A stretch of DNA of 32,445 bases from Octopus bimaculoides. Taxonomy: Eukaryota. A program made the translations under genes and the position numbers. Under the pieces are notes generated by a model. The model worked only from the letters and a program-made list of their open reading frames with translations, was not told the DNA's origin and did not search any database. Positions 1 through 12,245 of the stretch are shown one piece after another. How positions within the stretch are numbered: position 1 is the stretch's first letter; the number at the start of each line of letters is the position of its first letter. The stretch covers positions 19,701,276 to 19,733,720 of the forward strand of contig NC_068993.1 of the NCBI RefSeq assembly GCF_001194135.2, read 5' to 3'.

Positions 1-53
<53 letters not shown>

Positions 54-130
54 GTAGATAGATTGATAGATAGATATGTATGTGTATATGCATGTATGTG
101 TGGATGTATGTGTATATACGCACACACACA
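1..130. repeat. (GATA)n microsatellite grading into TATG/CA repeats
   Basis: Direct reading: GATA x ~18 at 1-76, then TATG/CA. Confidence 0.98.
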
Positions 131-254
131 AACATGTACCTAGAAGATTTTTGTCGCTAGAGATAAAGTAGTCAATGCTTTTAGATACACCCGTACACAT
201 AAATCTGTCTCCAGTTTATTTCTCCATCGGGAATTAAGATGGCGTTACTTTCAG

Positions 255-335
255 TACTGAGCAGTTCTATAGTACACACACACACACACTACTGAACGGT
301 TCTATAGTACACACACACACACACACACACATACA
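255..335 (+). repeat. Tandem duplication of a ~35-bp unit ending in (CA)n
   Basis: tactgagcagttctatagta(ca)n at 255-289 and tactgaacggttctatagta(ca)n from 290. Confidence 0.85.
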
Positions 336-1124
336 CATACGTGTTTGTAACTACCCACATGTTTTCACACTCCACTAAATCAAAGGAAACAATATATTGC
401 CTCTTTAGCGACCTCAGATCTTTTATGTAGATGGGGGCGTTGAAACCAACACGTTGTCCCTAAAGTGTCTAAAATTTGATAAAACTACCCACAAAAGGGA
501 CGTGAAGATTTTTTTTTTTTTTTTTTTGAAAGTTTTGTTTTCAATTGTCGGCAGGCTGAGGCGTTTTGTATATACTGTATTCTCCCAAGAGTGAATAACA
601 GAAATTCTCAAAATGGAGGGGCTGAAATTCTAACTGGAGGTGGTAGAAGGCTAAAGACACCCCGCCCTCGTGGTTACGCACTTAACCTGATCTATGAAAG
701 ATATACTCTCATTTCTTGACGATCGGCTTCAAAGATGCTTCCATCTTTTGGTAATACGTCTTCTGCATCTCTACAATTTAGTATTACTCTACATCTTTAC
801 CGACGTCTGTTAGAATGTTTTATTTCTTCTCTTTTTATCCCAGTTTTCTCTGTGATTATATTTTTAGAATTAATTTCGAATTCTTTGCAAACAATTATAA
901 CTTCATTAGTATTTTTTACGTTTACAATTACTTTACAATTCGGTTTACATTCTTTTAAATATTGTAATTAAATATTTGGCGAAGTAATTTTTCATACATT
1001 GTGTTAGCTGAATAAAGAAAATACATTTAGTTTTTTTAAAAAATTCTTAATAAGTACAAATTCAATTTTCAGTATAACTCGTGAAGTAAAGCTAAACTAT
1101 TTTCATCCAGAAATGTTTATTTCC

Positions 1125-1415
1125 TTCTGTGCGCGCGAGTTTGTGTGTGTGTCAGAATGTGAGTGTATATGTGTGTGTGAGTGTGTGTACTTGTGTGTGA
1201 GTGTATGTGCAAGCGTATGTGTGTGCATACATCTGTTTGTGCGCATTTGTGTGTGCATGTAGGCATATGTATTTATATATGCATATGTGTCTGCATGCAT
1301 TCATGTATGTGCATAGTAACGTATGTACATGCCTGTGTATATTCATATATTATGTATGTATCATATATATATATATATATGCGTGTTTGTTTACATGTAT
1401 GTGTATGTATGCATG
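1125..1415. repeat. Degenerate (GT)n/(TATG)n/(TA)n compound microsatellite
   Basis: Direct reading; explains the H/T/Y/V/C-rich ORFs here. Confidence 0.95.
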
Positions 1416-1437
1416 AACTTATACTGCAAGCAGCGCC

Positions 1438-1516
1438 CATCGCTACCACATCTGTGCAAAAGAGTGCAGCTCCCTAGCAGGTCTGAAAAGACACATCCGC
1501 GAAACTAATATTTAAG
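1438..1516 (+). mobile_element. Decayed C2H2-type zinc-finger terminus, probably from an RTE-type LINE
   Basis: My translation: HRYHICAKECSSLAGLKRHIRETNI*. This resembles the CxxC..S..GL..H.R terminal finger of RTE ORF2, with the first Cys reading as Tyr (tac). Confidence 0.45.
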
Positions 1517-1579
1517 AAAACAACCAAATGACAGTATTGCTCGAAATTACGTTGTAGTCCTCATGTATATATGTATGTT

Positions 1580-2655
1580 TGTATGTTTATATGATTGCTT
1601 CAGTTTTTAGTTATTTAAACTCTTTTTCTGTAGAAGGAACGTGTTTCTAACAAAGATACAAAGCTCCATTGCTGGAATGTAGATAACGAAAACAATGTCA
1701 CGTTTTAAACCAGAGAAATATCAAGCATATTTTTACTGTTCCATTTACAGATTGTATCTGTAGAGTGCAAGTTAGTTTGTTGACTTCATTTTCTGAAAAC
1801 CTTAGGTTTCTACATTGTTACTTAGGCTCACAAAATCAAATGCACCAATTATTATTGGCGTAAATGTGAATTTATAAATCTATGTAGAGAAGCAGAAGGT
1901 TTCGAAGCAGTGGTCCATAGGTATCCTCTTTCTCTTTGGTTTTTAAAGAGATATTCACACCTCTATGACGGTACATATCTTTTCTTGTCTCTCCGAAACA
2001 TTATCCGGTGTGTTATGCTCACACTTGACAGATGTTTTGATGGTAATGTTCCACTAGTATTCCTTATGTTGATTTTTGTATATGTAGTTACTTACAGATT
2101 TTTCTACATTTATTCCGGGACATATTTTTTTCTGAATAGCACTGAACATTGTTTTTGCAACAATGTCATGTTGCATAGTGAAGTAGTGCTTTGATGACAT
2201 TTTTGGGCTGCTGTTAATCAACTACATGTGGGATGTTTTCCACAGAAATATGACATAATCTACATTTTCAATTGCATCAATGTCTCTTTTGTTGATTAGG
2301 TATTCCATAGCAGCCCCCTGTTCTTGGATTGCAAATGCATAGTTTTCGAATGTGATATAGCGGACACGATTCCAAGAGTGGTTTCGCTTCATGTGGATAT
2401 TTCGGTCTTCTTCAAGTCTACAGAAAACATTCCCCTGCATGGTCGCTTATGGTATGCTGAGTGTTTCCAGGTGTTCTTAGAGGTGTGTTAGTCCGGTTGT
2501 TTAGTGTTTGTATGGGAGCTCCTCAGGAAGAGAGAGCTTCCTGAAGAACTCGCCGCTGACAAGTAGAATATTGTTCTCCTCATTTTTCTGCACTAAATTA
2601 AAGCATATACTTTTACCGCTGTTCTTTAGCAAGTGCTGTCTGGGAGAGGAAATAC
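1580..2655 (-). mobile_element. 5'-truncated LINE 3' end, restriction-like endonuclease type (R4/Dong-like), frameshifted
   Basis: Minus-strand translation across frameshifts: YAFAIQEQ (~2318-2341), HDIVAKT, KTSVKCEHNTPD, KEKEDTYGPLLRNL, TPIIIGA, GTVKIC. These are the post-RT and PD-(D/E)xK endonuclease motifs of RLE LINEs. Confidence 0.85.
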
Positions 2656-2656
2656 G

Positions 2657-2715
2657 TATATGAATGTATGCATGTATGTATGTATGTATGTATGTATGTA
2701 TGTATGTATGTATGT
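2657..2715. repeat. (TATG)n microsatellite
   Basis: Direct reading. Confidence 0.97.
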
Positions 2716-2955
2716 TAAAAGACATGTTAGGATCCACAATGAGCAGAACTTACCTGCAGGTATTGGTAGTACAATTCAGAGGTGCAATCTGTGTGGGTGT
2801 TTTTTTCAAAACATCGTCTGGTTTAAAAAGCCACATCAGACGCCATGAAAGGGCTAAGGTGTAGTTGCAGGAGGTGGTCAAACTCTGTGTAAGGAGTAGA
2901 CAACCACCATGTATGTATGTATGTATGTATGTATGCATGCATGTATGTATGTATA
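2716..2955 (+). mobile_element. RTE-type LINE 3' end: C2H2 finger, stop, short 3' UTR, (GTAT)n tail
   Basis: CNLCGCFF then a +1 frameshift in a T-run, then KTSSGLKSHIRRHERAKV* (2783-2864). Restored spacing is C-x2-C-x12-H-x3-H. It is followed by ~45 nt of UTR and a tandem-repeat tail, as in RTE-clade ends. Confidence 0.65.
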
Positions 2956-3384
2956 TATAGAGGGAGGGAGGGATGGAAGAAGGGAGGGAATGTCGCATGT
3001 ATGCATGTATGTATGCATGCATGTACATATTAGTACAGATATGATTGAATGGTGAAGAAACCCACTTCACAGACACGGCGCCCTAAGATTGCACCCACTG
3101 CTTGCATTATGCGAAATTGTCTCTAATTTGTTTCAGATTCTTTCACGCAATGCGAATGTATTTAGGCGAACGGAATTCCTCTAAAACCCTCAGTGGCTTA
3201 CTACTTTTAATTCAATGAAAAACCTTGTCACACACACTGTCAAGCTGAAACATGCGTCTAAAAAACTAAAGAAACATATGTCTACGGAATAGTCAGCCAC
3301 TTGAATCTAATTCAATAAGCCAGTAGTTCAGTTGGTCCAACAACTGAGTGACCACCGTTGGCAGCCATTTAATGTATAGGCATG

Positions 3385-3530
3385 GTTTTGCAGTTAGGAA
3401 AGTCGATTTTCAGCTGCATGGTTTCAGGTTGTTTCTCATTTTACGATGTAATGGATACATGACTTCTACTATAGCCGATCAATGCCTTGTGTGCGATTTT
3501 GGATATGATGTGCACACTGCTGTGAGAAAC
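3385..3530 (+). mobile_element. Highly decayed SINE family A copy
   Basis: Retains ttctactatagcc ... gccttgtg.g.gattttgg, shared with the better copies at 18352 and 23374. Confidence 0.5.
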
Positions 3531-3639
3531 CTAATATTGGATTCTTCGTAAAGAAAAGTTTCGGGTTACATTTGTTTTGCAGCACATTACAGATGCTCCC
3601 TTGCAATATAATAAATCACTGTAACCGAAAAATAAAAAC

Positions 3640-3966
3640 ATATGTATGTGTGTGTATGATTACTGTGTGTATATACGTGTTTGTGTGTGCCTGGTTGTGT
3701 GTTTGCGCGAGCGCACACACACACACGTGTGTGTGTGTGTGTGTGCGTGTGTGTGTGTGTGTGTGTGCGTGTGTGTGTGTGTGTGTGTGCGCGCGCGCGT
3801 ATGTGTGTGTGTAAATGCGGCGATCGGAAAATATATCCATATCAGATAGTTGAGTAGAGCAATGGCCTGTTTATCTTATATTAATTTAAGTCTATGAGTT
3901 TTCCTTTCTTGTAAACATGTCAAACTATTTTTAAATTCATTTGGAAAGTTCTGAACTGTTCACAAA

Positions 3967-4007
<41 letters not shown>

Positions 4008-4192
4008 TAGCACAAGTACACAAACATACACACATACATACGTGTGTGTGTGTGTATATATATAATAAATATATATATATGTATTGTGTGTGCGTGTGTG
4101 TGTATTTATATTTGAATATATATGTCTGCATATATGTACATGTATATATGTATGCATTATATATGTAAACGTGTTTATGTATTTTGTTTGTA

Positions 4193-4270
<78 letters not shown>

Positions 4271-4390
4271 TATACATATACATATGCATATACACATACA
4301 CACACACAGCGACATCCACGAATACATATACATCATATACATATATATTTATTTATATTTGCGCATGTATATCTGTATATATACGTTGAT
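3640..4390. repeat. Large (GT)n, (CA)n and (TA)n microsatellite block
   Basis: Direct reading: GT 3640-3815, CA 3968-4060, TA ~4197-4260. Confidence 0.97.
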
Positions 4391-4486
4391 ATGTGAGGGT
4401 GTATGTGTAATTCTTTTTTAACATCTTTTACTAGTCTTCAGTTATGTTAAATTTATCAGGGCTTTCTTCAGCCGTTTTCAAGTTAA

Positions 4487-4878
4487 TGTAAACAGAATTA
4501 AACCTCAACTGTCTTAAGCTGTTTTAAATGTTTTACATTCCATTGAAGCATTGATGCGATATATTTATATAATGTAAACAGATTAAAAATATATTTTAAT
4601 GTAAGCTTCCTAAGATATTTTTCTCTTATATCTAAGCTATCTTCAGTTTCAATTATAAACTGACCCTAGATTTCAGAGTATATTACAAACGTCCTCTTAC
4701 TGTTTCTATTGTAACGTAATCGTTTATAAACTATGTTTAATGGACCTTAAAAGTCCCAGCATTCTTTTGAACTTTATAAAAAGCAGTTGTAAACAAACCT
4801 TAACTAGTGGCAAACCTTCTAAGTTGTTTACATCACAATCTGTGTATTTGTCTGGTATTTTATTATTCTATGTAAACA
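4487..4878. promoter_or_regulatory. Candidate enhancer: homotypic cluster of forkhead motifs
   Basis: TGTAAACA at 4487, 4573, 4788 and 4871, plus TGTTTACA at 4825, in otherwise unique sequence. Function not shown. Confidence 0.35.
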
Positions 4879-5282
4879 GCTTTCTATTTAAATGCCAGCA
4901 TTATTCTTCAACGAAAGAGGAAGACAATCCTTAACTGAAAATAACATCAGCCCACATTATATCGACCAGACATCGTATTTATTAGCAACTGGATTAACCT
5001 TTGTAAAGAAATTAGAATCTGTTTTTGTTAGCAGTTTACTTCTATTTTTCCACCATGATATTTCAATCAGGCATTAAAATTTTTTTTTAATACTATATAA
5101 CTTTCAGATTTCATTGATACGCATTACATATATGCGAAGGAGTAATAAAAAGTTGTTTTAGAAACTGTTTCCCTTTTTTTTTTATTTCCAGAGAGTTTCT
5201 TCTTCTTTAGTTAGTTCAATTGTTTCAGCGAATGCATACTACCAACAGGTACATATTTACCACTCTCCTGTAAGTAATGACT

Positions 5283-5390
5283 TCAGATTTTGGCAATAAA
5301 CCAGCAATTTTGAAGCTGGAGTTGGGGAAGGGATTTTCTTGTTTATATCGACCCCAGTGTTCAACTGGTATTGGTGGGGGTGGTCAGATG
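5283..5390 (-). mobile_element. SINE family B 3' fragment
   Basis: Reverse complement reads taccagttgaacactggggtcgat ... aaattgctgg, matching the 3' part of the copy at 26026. Confidence 0.65.
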
Positions 5391-5949
5391 TAATGTTGCA
5401 TGAATTATTTACAAATATATATATATGTAATTCTTGAAATACATACATAGACATTATTCTATAAGGGATTTTTAGTCGAAGAAATTAACCTTAGGATTTA
5501 TTCTTAGGAAAGAAAATGGAGAAAAATTCATTTATTTGCATGTTATAAAATGTTGAAATTTATTTTTAAAGACATAACAGTACAAATAAATTGATTATAA
5601 GTTTTAAAGCAAAAAAATAATAATAATAATGATAAGTAATAACAGAGCCTACGTATATGTTTCAGTACTATCTCCTAGGTAATCAGAAACTCTAAACATT
5701 TGGTTAACTGCTAAGAAAGATATCATTTTCTAACTATATGGGGCAGAACTTCTTCAAACTTATTATGAGCTTATAGAGTATTATATATATGTGTGTGTGT
5801 GTGTGTGGTACGGAAGAGTGTGCATTGGAAAAAAAACATTTTATTCAAAACATGCATTTGATGGAGCTACATATCTGAAAGCTTCCAAGTCTTGGGGATT
5901 GATATCAAATAGAACAATCGGTCAAAATATTGCATTTTTAAAAAAAATA

Positions 5950-7181
5950 CAAGGAGAAAGAAAGAAAGAGAGAGAGAGAGAGGGGGGAGAGAGTACACAT
6001 ACGTACGTGTGTGTACGTATGCGTATGTGTGTGTATGTGTGTGTTTGTTTGCATGCGTATATGTGTGTATGTGCATGTATGCGTGAACTAGTGTGAAGTG
6101 AAAACGAACGGTAATCTATGCCTGTGATAAATGTTAACGGGGTTTCATTGTGTGATATCGATCATCAGTTGTGACACATACATTTAGGGCGTATCAGGTG
6201 ATTGCATTAGATATTGCATCACCAACATGTAGCTATATCATTATAATTCTATCAAATATCCTCGTAGCATTAAGTAGGCTGGTTTTCCTGCATTCCATGT
6301 ACTGGAATTATCGCTTGCCAAAGGTATTTATCGGTAAGAGCCCTCTGGTGATTAGGTTGCCCAATATTCCACTTCACCTGTCAAATGAGCCAGGTTTAAA
6401 CCTTACTGCATTTTACCTGCCTTTAAGAGTTCCTTATTTATAACATACATTATTATTTGGTAGCAGTCCGGAAATCAGTCACTTGACAATTAACGAGAGT
6501 TTAATGTATAGGCATGTGTGGGTGAGTATAATGACACATGTGTGTGAGAGAGAAAGAGAGTATAGCCTGTATATGTGTGTGTGTGTATGTGTGTGTGTAT
6601 GTGTGTGTGTGTATGTACTTATATTAGTGTGAGAAAGTATGGCGTGTATGTGTGCTTGTATGAGAGAGATAGAGAGAGAGTATGATATGTATGTGTGAGA
6701 GAGAGAGAGAGCGGGAGAGAGCGGGAGAGAGAGTGTGTCTATAATAACATGTATGTGCGTGCATTTTAAGAGAGCGCGTATGAGAGTGTGTGTATGTGTG
6801 AGTGGAAGAGGGAGAGGAAAAAGAAAAAGAAAGCAAGGCAAAAAGATAGAGAAAGAGAGAGAGAGAGAGAGAGAAAGCAAGAGGGTGAGAGTAAGAGAGA
6901 GAGAGAGAGAGAGAGAGAGGAAGGGAGGAAGATCTCGTGTAAAATCAAACGCCACCCGTTGATGTTCTGCAGGCATGCTTCAGCAATGAAGATTGTGTGC
7001 GTGTGTGTGTGTGTGTGTGTGTATGTGTGTGTGTGCGTCTGTAAGTGTGCGTGTGTATGTATGTAAAGACATACANNNNNNNNNNNNNNNNNNNNNNNNN
7101 NNNNNNNNNNNNNNNNNNNNNNNNNNNNNNNNNNNNNNNNNNNNNNNNNNNNNNNNNNNNNNNNNNNNNNNNNNNNNNNGC

Positions 7182-7220
<39 letters not shown>

Positions 7221-7270
7221 TGTGTGTGTGCGTCTGTAAGTGTGCGTGTGTATGTATGTAAAGACATACA
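5950..7270. repeat. (GA)n and (GT)n microsatellite blocks around a unique island (6100-6480); N-gap at 7076-7179
   Basis: Direct reading. Confidence 0.93.
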
Positions 7271-7439
7271 TCTGCCCCATTGAGTAATGAAAGTTTTGTA
7301 CGTGTGCGTCTGTATTTAACGGTCGTATTGGACACAAGTTACCAAAGCATTCTAAAACCCTTATTAATATGCGAGTATCCGAGTGCGCGCTCATGTGTGT
7401 GTGTGTGTGTGTGTGCATTTGTGTACGTGAACACGTATG

Positions 7440-7680
7440 TTTTAGCAGTTGTAGCAGTTGTTGTTGTGGTGGTAGTTGTGGGTTCGTGCATGAATTTGAA
7501 AGAATATATGTATTTAGCGTTAGGACTTGGAATATAAATATTCTCTGGGATTCCGTATACATTGTTCCTATTGTTGTTGCTGTTGTTATTGTTGTTGCCG
7601 TCGTCGTCGTCGTTATTACTGCTGCTGCTGTTGTTGTTGTTGTTGTTGTTGTTCATGATGATGATGATGATGATGAAGCA
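7440..7680. repeat. Compound trinucleotide repeats (GTT, GTC, GCT, GAT)
   Basis: Direct reading. Confidence 0.95.
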
Positions 7681-7846
7681 TGGCTTGGGTGGGTGGGTTC
7701 TGCTCGTAAATTCCACCCCAGTATTTTCGAATTGCTGCGGTTTAGGGTTTCTTTTTGATTTTTTTTTGTTGTTGTTTCATTCAATGTTCTACCCACGGAA
7801 CTACAAGGATCGTTTGTATGACTAATTCGATTACCTTGGTGCAGAG

Positions 7847-7855
7847 AAGGTAACC
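7847..7855 (+). other. Possible 5' splice donor AAG|GTAACC of a non-coding first exon
   Basis: Good donor-like consensus ending a repeat-laden, UTR-like stretch; no transcript support available. Confidence 0.25.
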
Positions 7856-7993
7856 TTTAAACCTGCTTGGCACATATCAGTTTGACTTCGCGAGCGTGTC
7901 ACTCGCTCATATTTCAACATCATGGCAACGCAAGGAATAAGAAACATGTGCCTCTCATACAAACAGACACAAATGTCAGTTGCTCAGTCAATG

Positions 7994-8024
<31 letters not shown>

Positions 8025-8032
8025 CATCCATA

Positions 8033-8205
8033 GGCGTAGGCAGACAATGGCTGTGTGGTTAAGATGCTCACTTTGCAGCTACGTGGTTTTAGTTTTATTC
8101 CCACTGCGCGGTACCTTCTACTATAGCACCGGCCCGACCAATGCCTAGTGATTGAATCTAATAAATTTAGATTGTGTGGAAGACCGCTGAATATATATAT
8201 ATATG

Positions 8206-8246
<41 letters not shown>

Positions 8247-8250
8247 TGAA
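8033..8250 (+). mobile_element. Decayed SINE family A (head and core) with TA/GT tract
   Basis: ggcgtagg..tggctgtgtggttaag (A-box-like), cccactgcg, ttctactatagc, ccgaccaatgcc. Confidence 0.75.
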
Positions 8251-8539
8251 TTTATGGAATGAAGTCCCATAAAACTCATCAATTTAGTTAAAAATGGAAG
8301 AGACAAGTTGTTAAAATATATAAGAAGTTTAATTCTTGCAGACGATCGTTTCGTACAGAGATATAATAATAATGTAAATTCATGATTGAATTGAATTGAA
8401 TTAATTAAATATCAACGTATTCTTCAGTGCAGGAAGTAAAAACCATAAAACAAAGAACTTGAGAAGAAATGTAGCAGAAAAATTGAATCTTTTTATCCGT
8501 GTGAGAAAGAGATGTAAGCCATGTCGGATATTTAACCAT

Positions 8540-8870
8540 AGCTATGGCAAGCAATACCAAGCATCTATCTGTTCTTTACAACATGCACATTTGCAATTCT
8601 GGGAGTTTGCTTATGTATTCGGCTGAAAGTTTATTTTTCATCATTTCCAAAAACACCTTTTATTATAGAAATTGTTTCTGTATTCAGATTCTCTTTTGGT
8701 CATTTCTTTTTCTAGATCTTTATATTTAGATAATTTCTTCATCTCCCTCAGAGACACAATTATTGAACTGTTATGTCGATAAGAAGACATTTCTATATCT
8801 GGGCAGTTAACCTTGATCTCTAGTTTGTGTCTATTGTTTTAACCAATTACAAGCCAGAGAAACTTGTTGG
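8540..8870 (-). mobile_element. RLE-type (R4/Dong-like) LINE 3' relic
   Basis: Minus strand gives NCPDI (for NRPDI, ~8793-8808) and VSLREMKKLSKYKDLEK (~8708-8755). Confidence 0.7.
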
Positions 8871-8974
8871 TGTCTTGTTTGTCTTGGAGGGAACACTGGA
8901 TAAGCCAGCGGAAACTTGAATTCTATAGTTCTGTGTATTCTTTAGCAATAACATTTCTACACTATTGATTAAAA

Positions 8975-9055
8975 AGTTTGGTACAAGACCAAAAATTTCA
9001 GCGTAAGGAATAAGACGATTACATCGACCAAAGTGTTCAACCGGTACTTATTTGA
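8975..9055 (-). mobile_element. SINE family B 3' fragment
   Basis: gattacatcgacc..agtgttcaaccggtacttattt is the reverse complement of the family B core. Confidence 0.6.
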
Positions 9056-9059
9056 AAGC

Positions 9060-11510
9060 AGGCAATAACAAAGCGCTTTGAGTCTCCTGTGACTCAAAGA
9101 AACAATACTCTCCTTAGAATGCGAGCTGTACTCAACAACGCTGTCTTCTGGATCACCTCGTGCCTGACAGCAGCTCCAATATTCTTAATATGTTTTTCAA
9201 AGCCATTGGCAACGGCTCCTAACTCTCCGATTACCACCGGTATCTCCATTACTTTTCTCATGCCCCATAACTTACCTATCTCGTCCCGCAATGGCTGGTA
9301 TTTCTCAATTTTTTCTGTTTCCTTACGTTTCGAATCGCCTGGTATTGCAGCATCTATTATCTCTACTTCTTTTTCATCTTTATGGATGAGCACAATATCT
9401 GGTGATCTCACCTTTATGACTTGATTGCACTGCAAGTTAAAACCCCAGAGTATTTTGTAATGTTCATTTTCCATTATTCCCTCTGGTTTGTGTTCATACC
9501 GTTGTTCAGCTCTCTCGAAGTTTGCTTTACCGCACAACTGCCAGTGGACAAATCTGGCCACATTGACATGTTTCCTTTTGTATTCGCGTTGTGCGAATTT
9601 ACAGAACTCACTAACAATATGGCTTATACTTTCTCCCTTCTAAGAGCATATCCTACACTGTTGCGAGTCAGTACTTTTATCAATGTGATATTTGGAGTAG
9701 TTTGTTCTGAGATCTTGTTCTTGAGCGCTGCACACTAATGCCTCAATGGGCCCTTTTAAGTCTCCTTTCTGTAGCAATTGCCAGGTTCTATTCCAATCAG
9801 CCTCATCTTTATTCTTCAATAACTGATTGTGTATTTTCTTGTCCTGCCAAATTTTCTTCATCTGCTCTCTCTGGTCTGTCTTAAATTGTGTTGGATCTAC
9901 ACTTTTAAGGTTCTCTACATTTTCACTGCTTCAATTATTTCTTCTTTACTCCCCTTGACATACCAAGCCATGATATTCTCCTCTTCCTTTACACAACCTT
10001 CACAGCACACCAATCCCCGTCCTCCTTTCCTCATTAGATACAATCTTGCCAAATCATTTTTGGGGTGTGTTCATTGCCATAATTTATGTGTTCTCCAGTC
10101 TATTTTTTGTAATTTAGGCTTCTTCCAAGATACTATTCCTGCTCCATATCTCATCAAAACAACTGCCCATGTGTTAATTGCTCTAATCATATAGCTGCCA
10201 TTTAGCTTCGACTGGAGCACAAGCCGAGTTCTCATCAAATATTCTGTCCTCTACATTACTTTCATCTTGTGTTCATTCATCTTATCTCTTTCAATAATAC
10301 CCAAGTACTTGTATCCTTCTTCTCCGACTTCCTTTATAGTTTCACCACTTTCCAGCTTGATCGCATGGCTTTTATTGATTTTCCCCCCTTTTGACAATCA
10401 TTACACCACATTCCTCGATCCCAAATTGCATGCCAATATATTTGCTAATCATTTGCACAGTTGCCGCAAACTCTCAATTTATTTCTTAGTCTTAGCGTAT
10501 AACTTTAGGCCATCCATAAACCTGCCTAGCATGTACCCCAATCGCACCTTTCTTAAGAGTCCTCTTTTGATATTTACCTCTCCCAGCTTATCACCCCATG
10601 CTGTGAGTTCAGTCCCCCACGTTGTCTTCAGTTTTGTATTAACATCAGGGATATTGTGAGAAACCTTAAGCAGCTTAAGTCATTCAATAATCCACGAGTG
10701 TTGGACCATGCAATTTACTTTCTCGTAGTCCACCCATGCCGTCGCCAAATCTTTGTGTCTCGTCTTGCAGTCAGCCAGGACAGTCTTATCGATTAGTAAT
10801 TGACCTTTCGTTCCTCTGCTCTTACGTCTACACACTTTTTGTCTTTTTGTATCACTGGTAGTAGGTCGCTCTCATCTAGATACTTATAGATGCTGTTTGA
10901 TATGATGCCCGTCATCAGTTTCTACATCAGTGGCAAAAAAGATATTATTCGAAAATTTCCAACCGCATTCCCTTTACATGGGTCCCTCTAACATAGTACC
11001 TTTGTCATGCAGGCCGGTACTTAGATGTCACTACTCAGTATTTCGTCCATCTGTCTCGCAGTTCTCCTGTGCAGAGCTGTCAAGTTTTTAAGCCAAAAGC
11101 CCTGAACCCCATCTGGGCCAGGCACTTTCCAGTTAGGAATTTTCCTGCACTGATCTCTAATCATCTCGGTTATTCTCAAATCCTCCTGCTAATACTCTTC
11201 ACTTTCCTCTTTGAGTGTCTTTAACCACTCTGCTTCAGCTTCATGTTCTTTCCCCTGAGACCATACGTTTGACCAGAATTTTTTGCTTTCTGCAGCATCT
11301 GGCACGGCTTTTTCACCTTTTTCTTTCCCATCCAGTTCTTAATAGACTCGTTTCTGATTTTGTTCGAAAAGTCTGTCTCATCTGTGCTGCTCAATTCTCT
11401 ATTCATATCTCTTTAGTTTATATGCTTTAGCTGTCAACCTGTTTTAATTCCTCAATCACAACATTAATTCCTTTCTCTTCACCCAATACTTCCTCTCTAG
11501 CTCAACATTG
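9060..11510 (-). mobile_element. ~2.45-kb 5'-truncated R4/Dong-like LINE with RT, CCHC finger region and RLE; non-functional
   Basis: [18 protein letters not shown] (RT), FMDG in place of the catalytic FMDD (~10507-10520), AQEQDLRTNY..CRIC, and SPDI..IIDAAIP..EKIEKY (ORF 9094-9561). Multiple stops and frameshifts. Confidence 0.92.
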
Positions 11511-11519
11511 TTATAATAA

Positions 11520-11533
11520 TAAGAATAATAATA

Positions 11534-11620
<87 letters not shown>

Positions 11621-12245
11621 TAGTTTTATTTTTATAACGTGCTNNNNNNNNNNNNNNNNNNNNNNNNNNNNNNNNNNNNNNNNNNNNNNNNNNNNNNNNN
11701 NNNNNNNNNNNNNNNNNNNNNNNNNNNNNNNNNNNNNNNNNNNNNNNNNNNNNNNNNNNNNNNNNNNNNNNNNNNNNNNNNNNNNNNNNNNNNNNNNNNN
11801 NNNNNNNNNNNNNNNNNNNNNNNNNNNNNNNNNNNNNNNNNNNNNNNNNNNNNNNNNNNNNNNNNNNNNNNNNNNNNNNNNNNNNNNNNNNNNNNNNNNN
11901 NNNNNNNNNNNNNNNNNNNNNNNNNNNNNNNNNNNNNNNNNNNNNNNNNNNNNNNNNNNNNNNNNNNNNNNNNNNNNNNNNNNNNNNNNNNNNNNNNNNN
12001 NNNNNNNNNNNNNNNNNNNNNNNNNNNNNNNNNNNNNNNNNNNNNNNNNNNNNNNNNNNNNNNNNNNNNNNNNNNNNNNNNNNNNNNNNNNNNNNNNNNN
12101 NNNNNNNNNNNNNNNNNNNNNNNNNNNNNNNNNNNNNNNNNNNNNNNNNNNNNNNNNNNNNNNNNNNNNNNNNNNNNNNNNNNNNNNNNNNNNNNNNNNN
12201 NNNNNNNNNNNNNNNNNNNNNNNNNNNNNNNNNNNNNNNNNNNNN

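Noticed and set aside
615-682. GC-rich end (ggaggggctgaa..ccctcgtggttacgcact) resembling a MITE terminal repeat
   Set aside because: No partner inverted repeat found within the window.
6997-7270. ~75-bp direct repeat on both sides of the 7076-7179 gap
   Set aside because: Identical sequence flanking an N-run indicates an unmerged contig overlap.
1103-7825. Dozens of ORFs rich in HT, VC, YI, ER, N or L runs
   Set aside because: Translations of stop-free microsatellites and N-gaps, not genes; the same applies to similar ORFs at 11.6-14.9, 22-26 and 31.2-32.3 kb.
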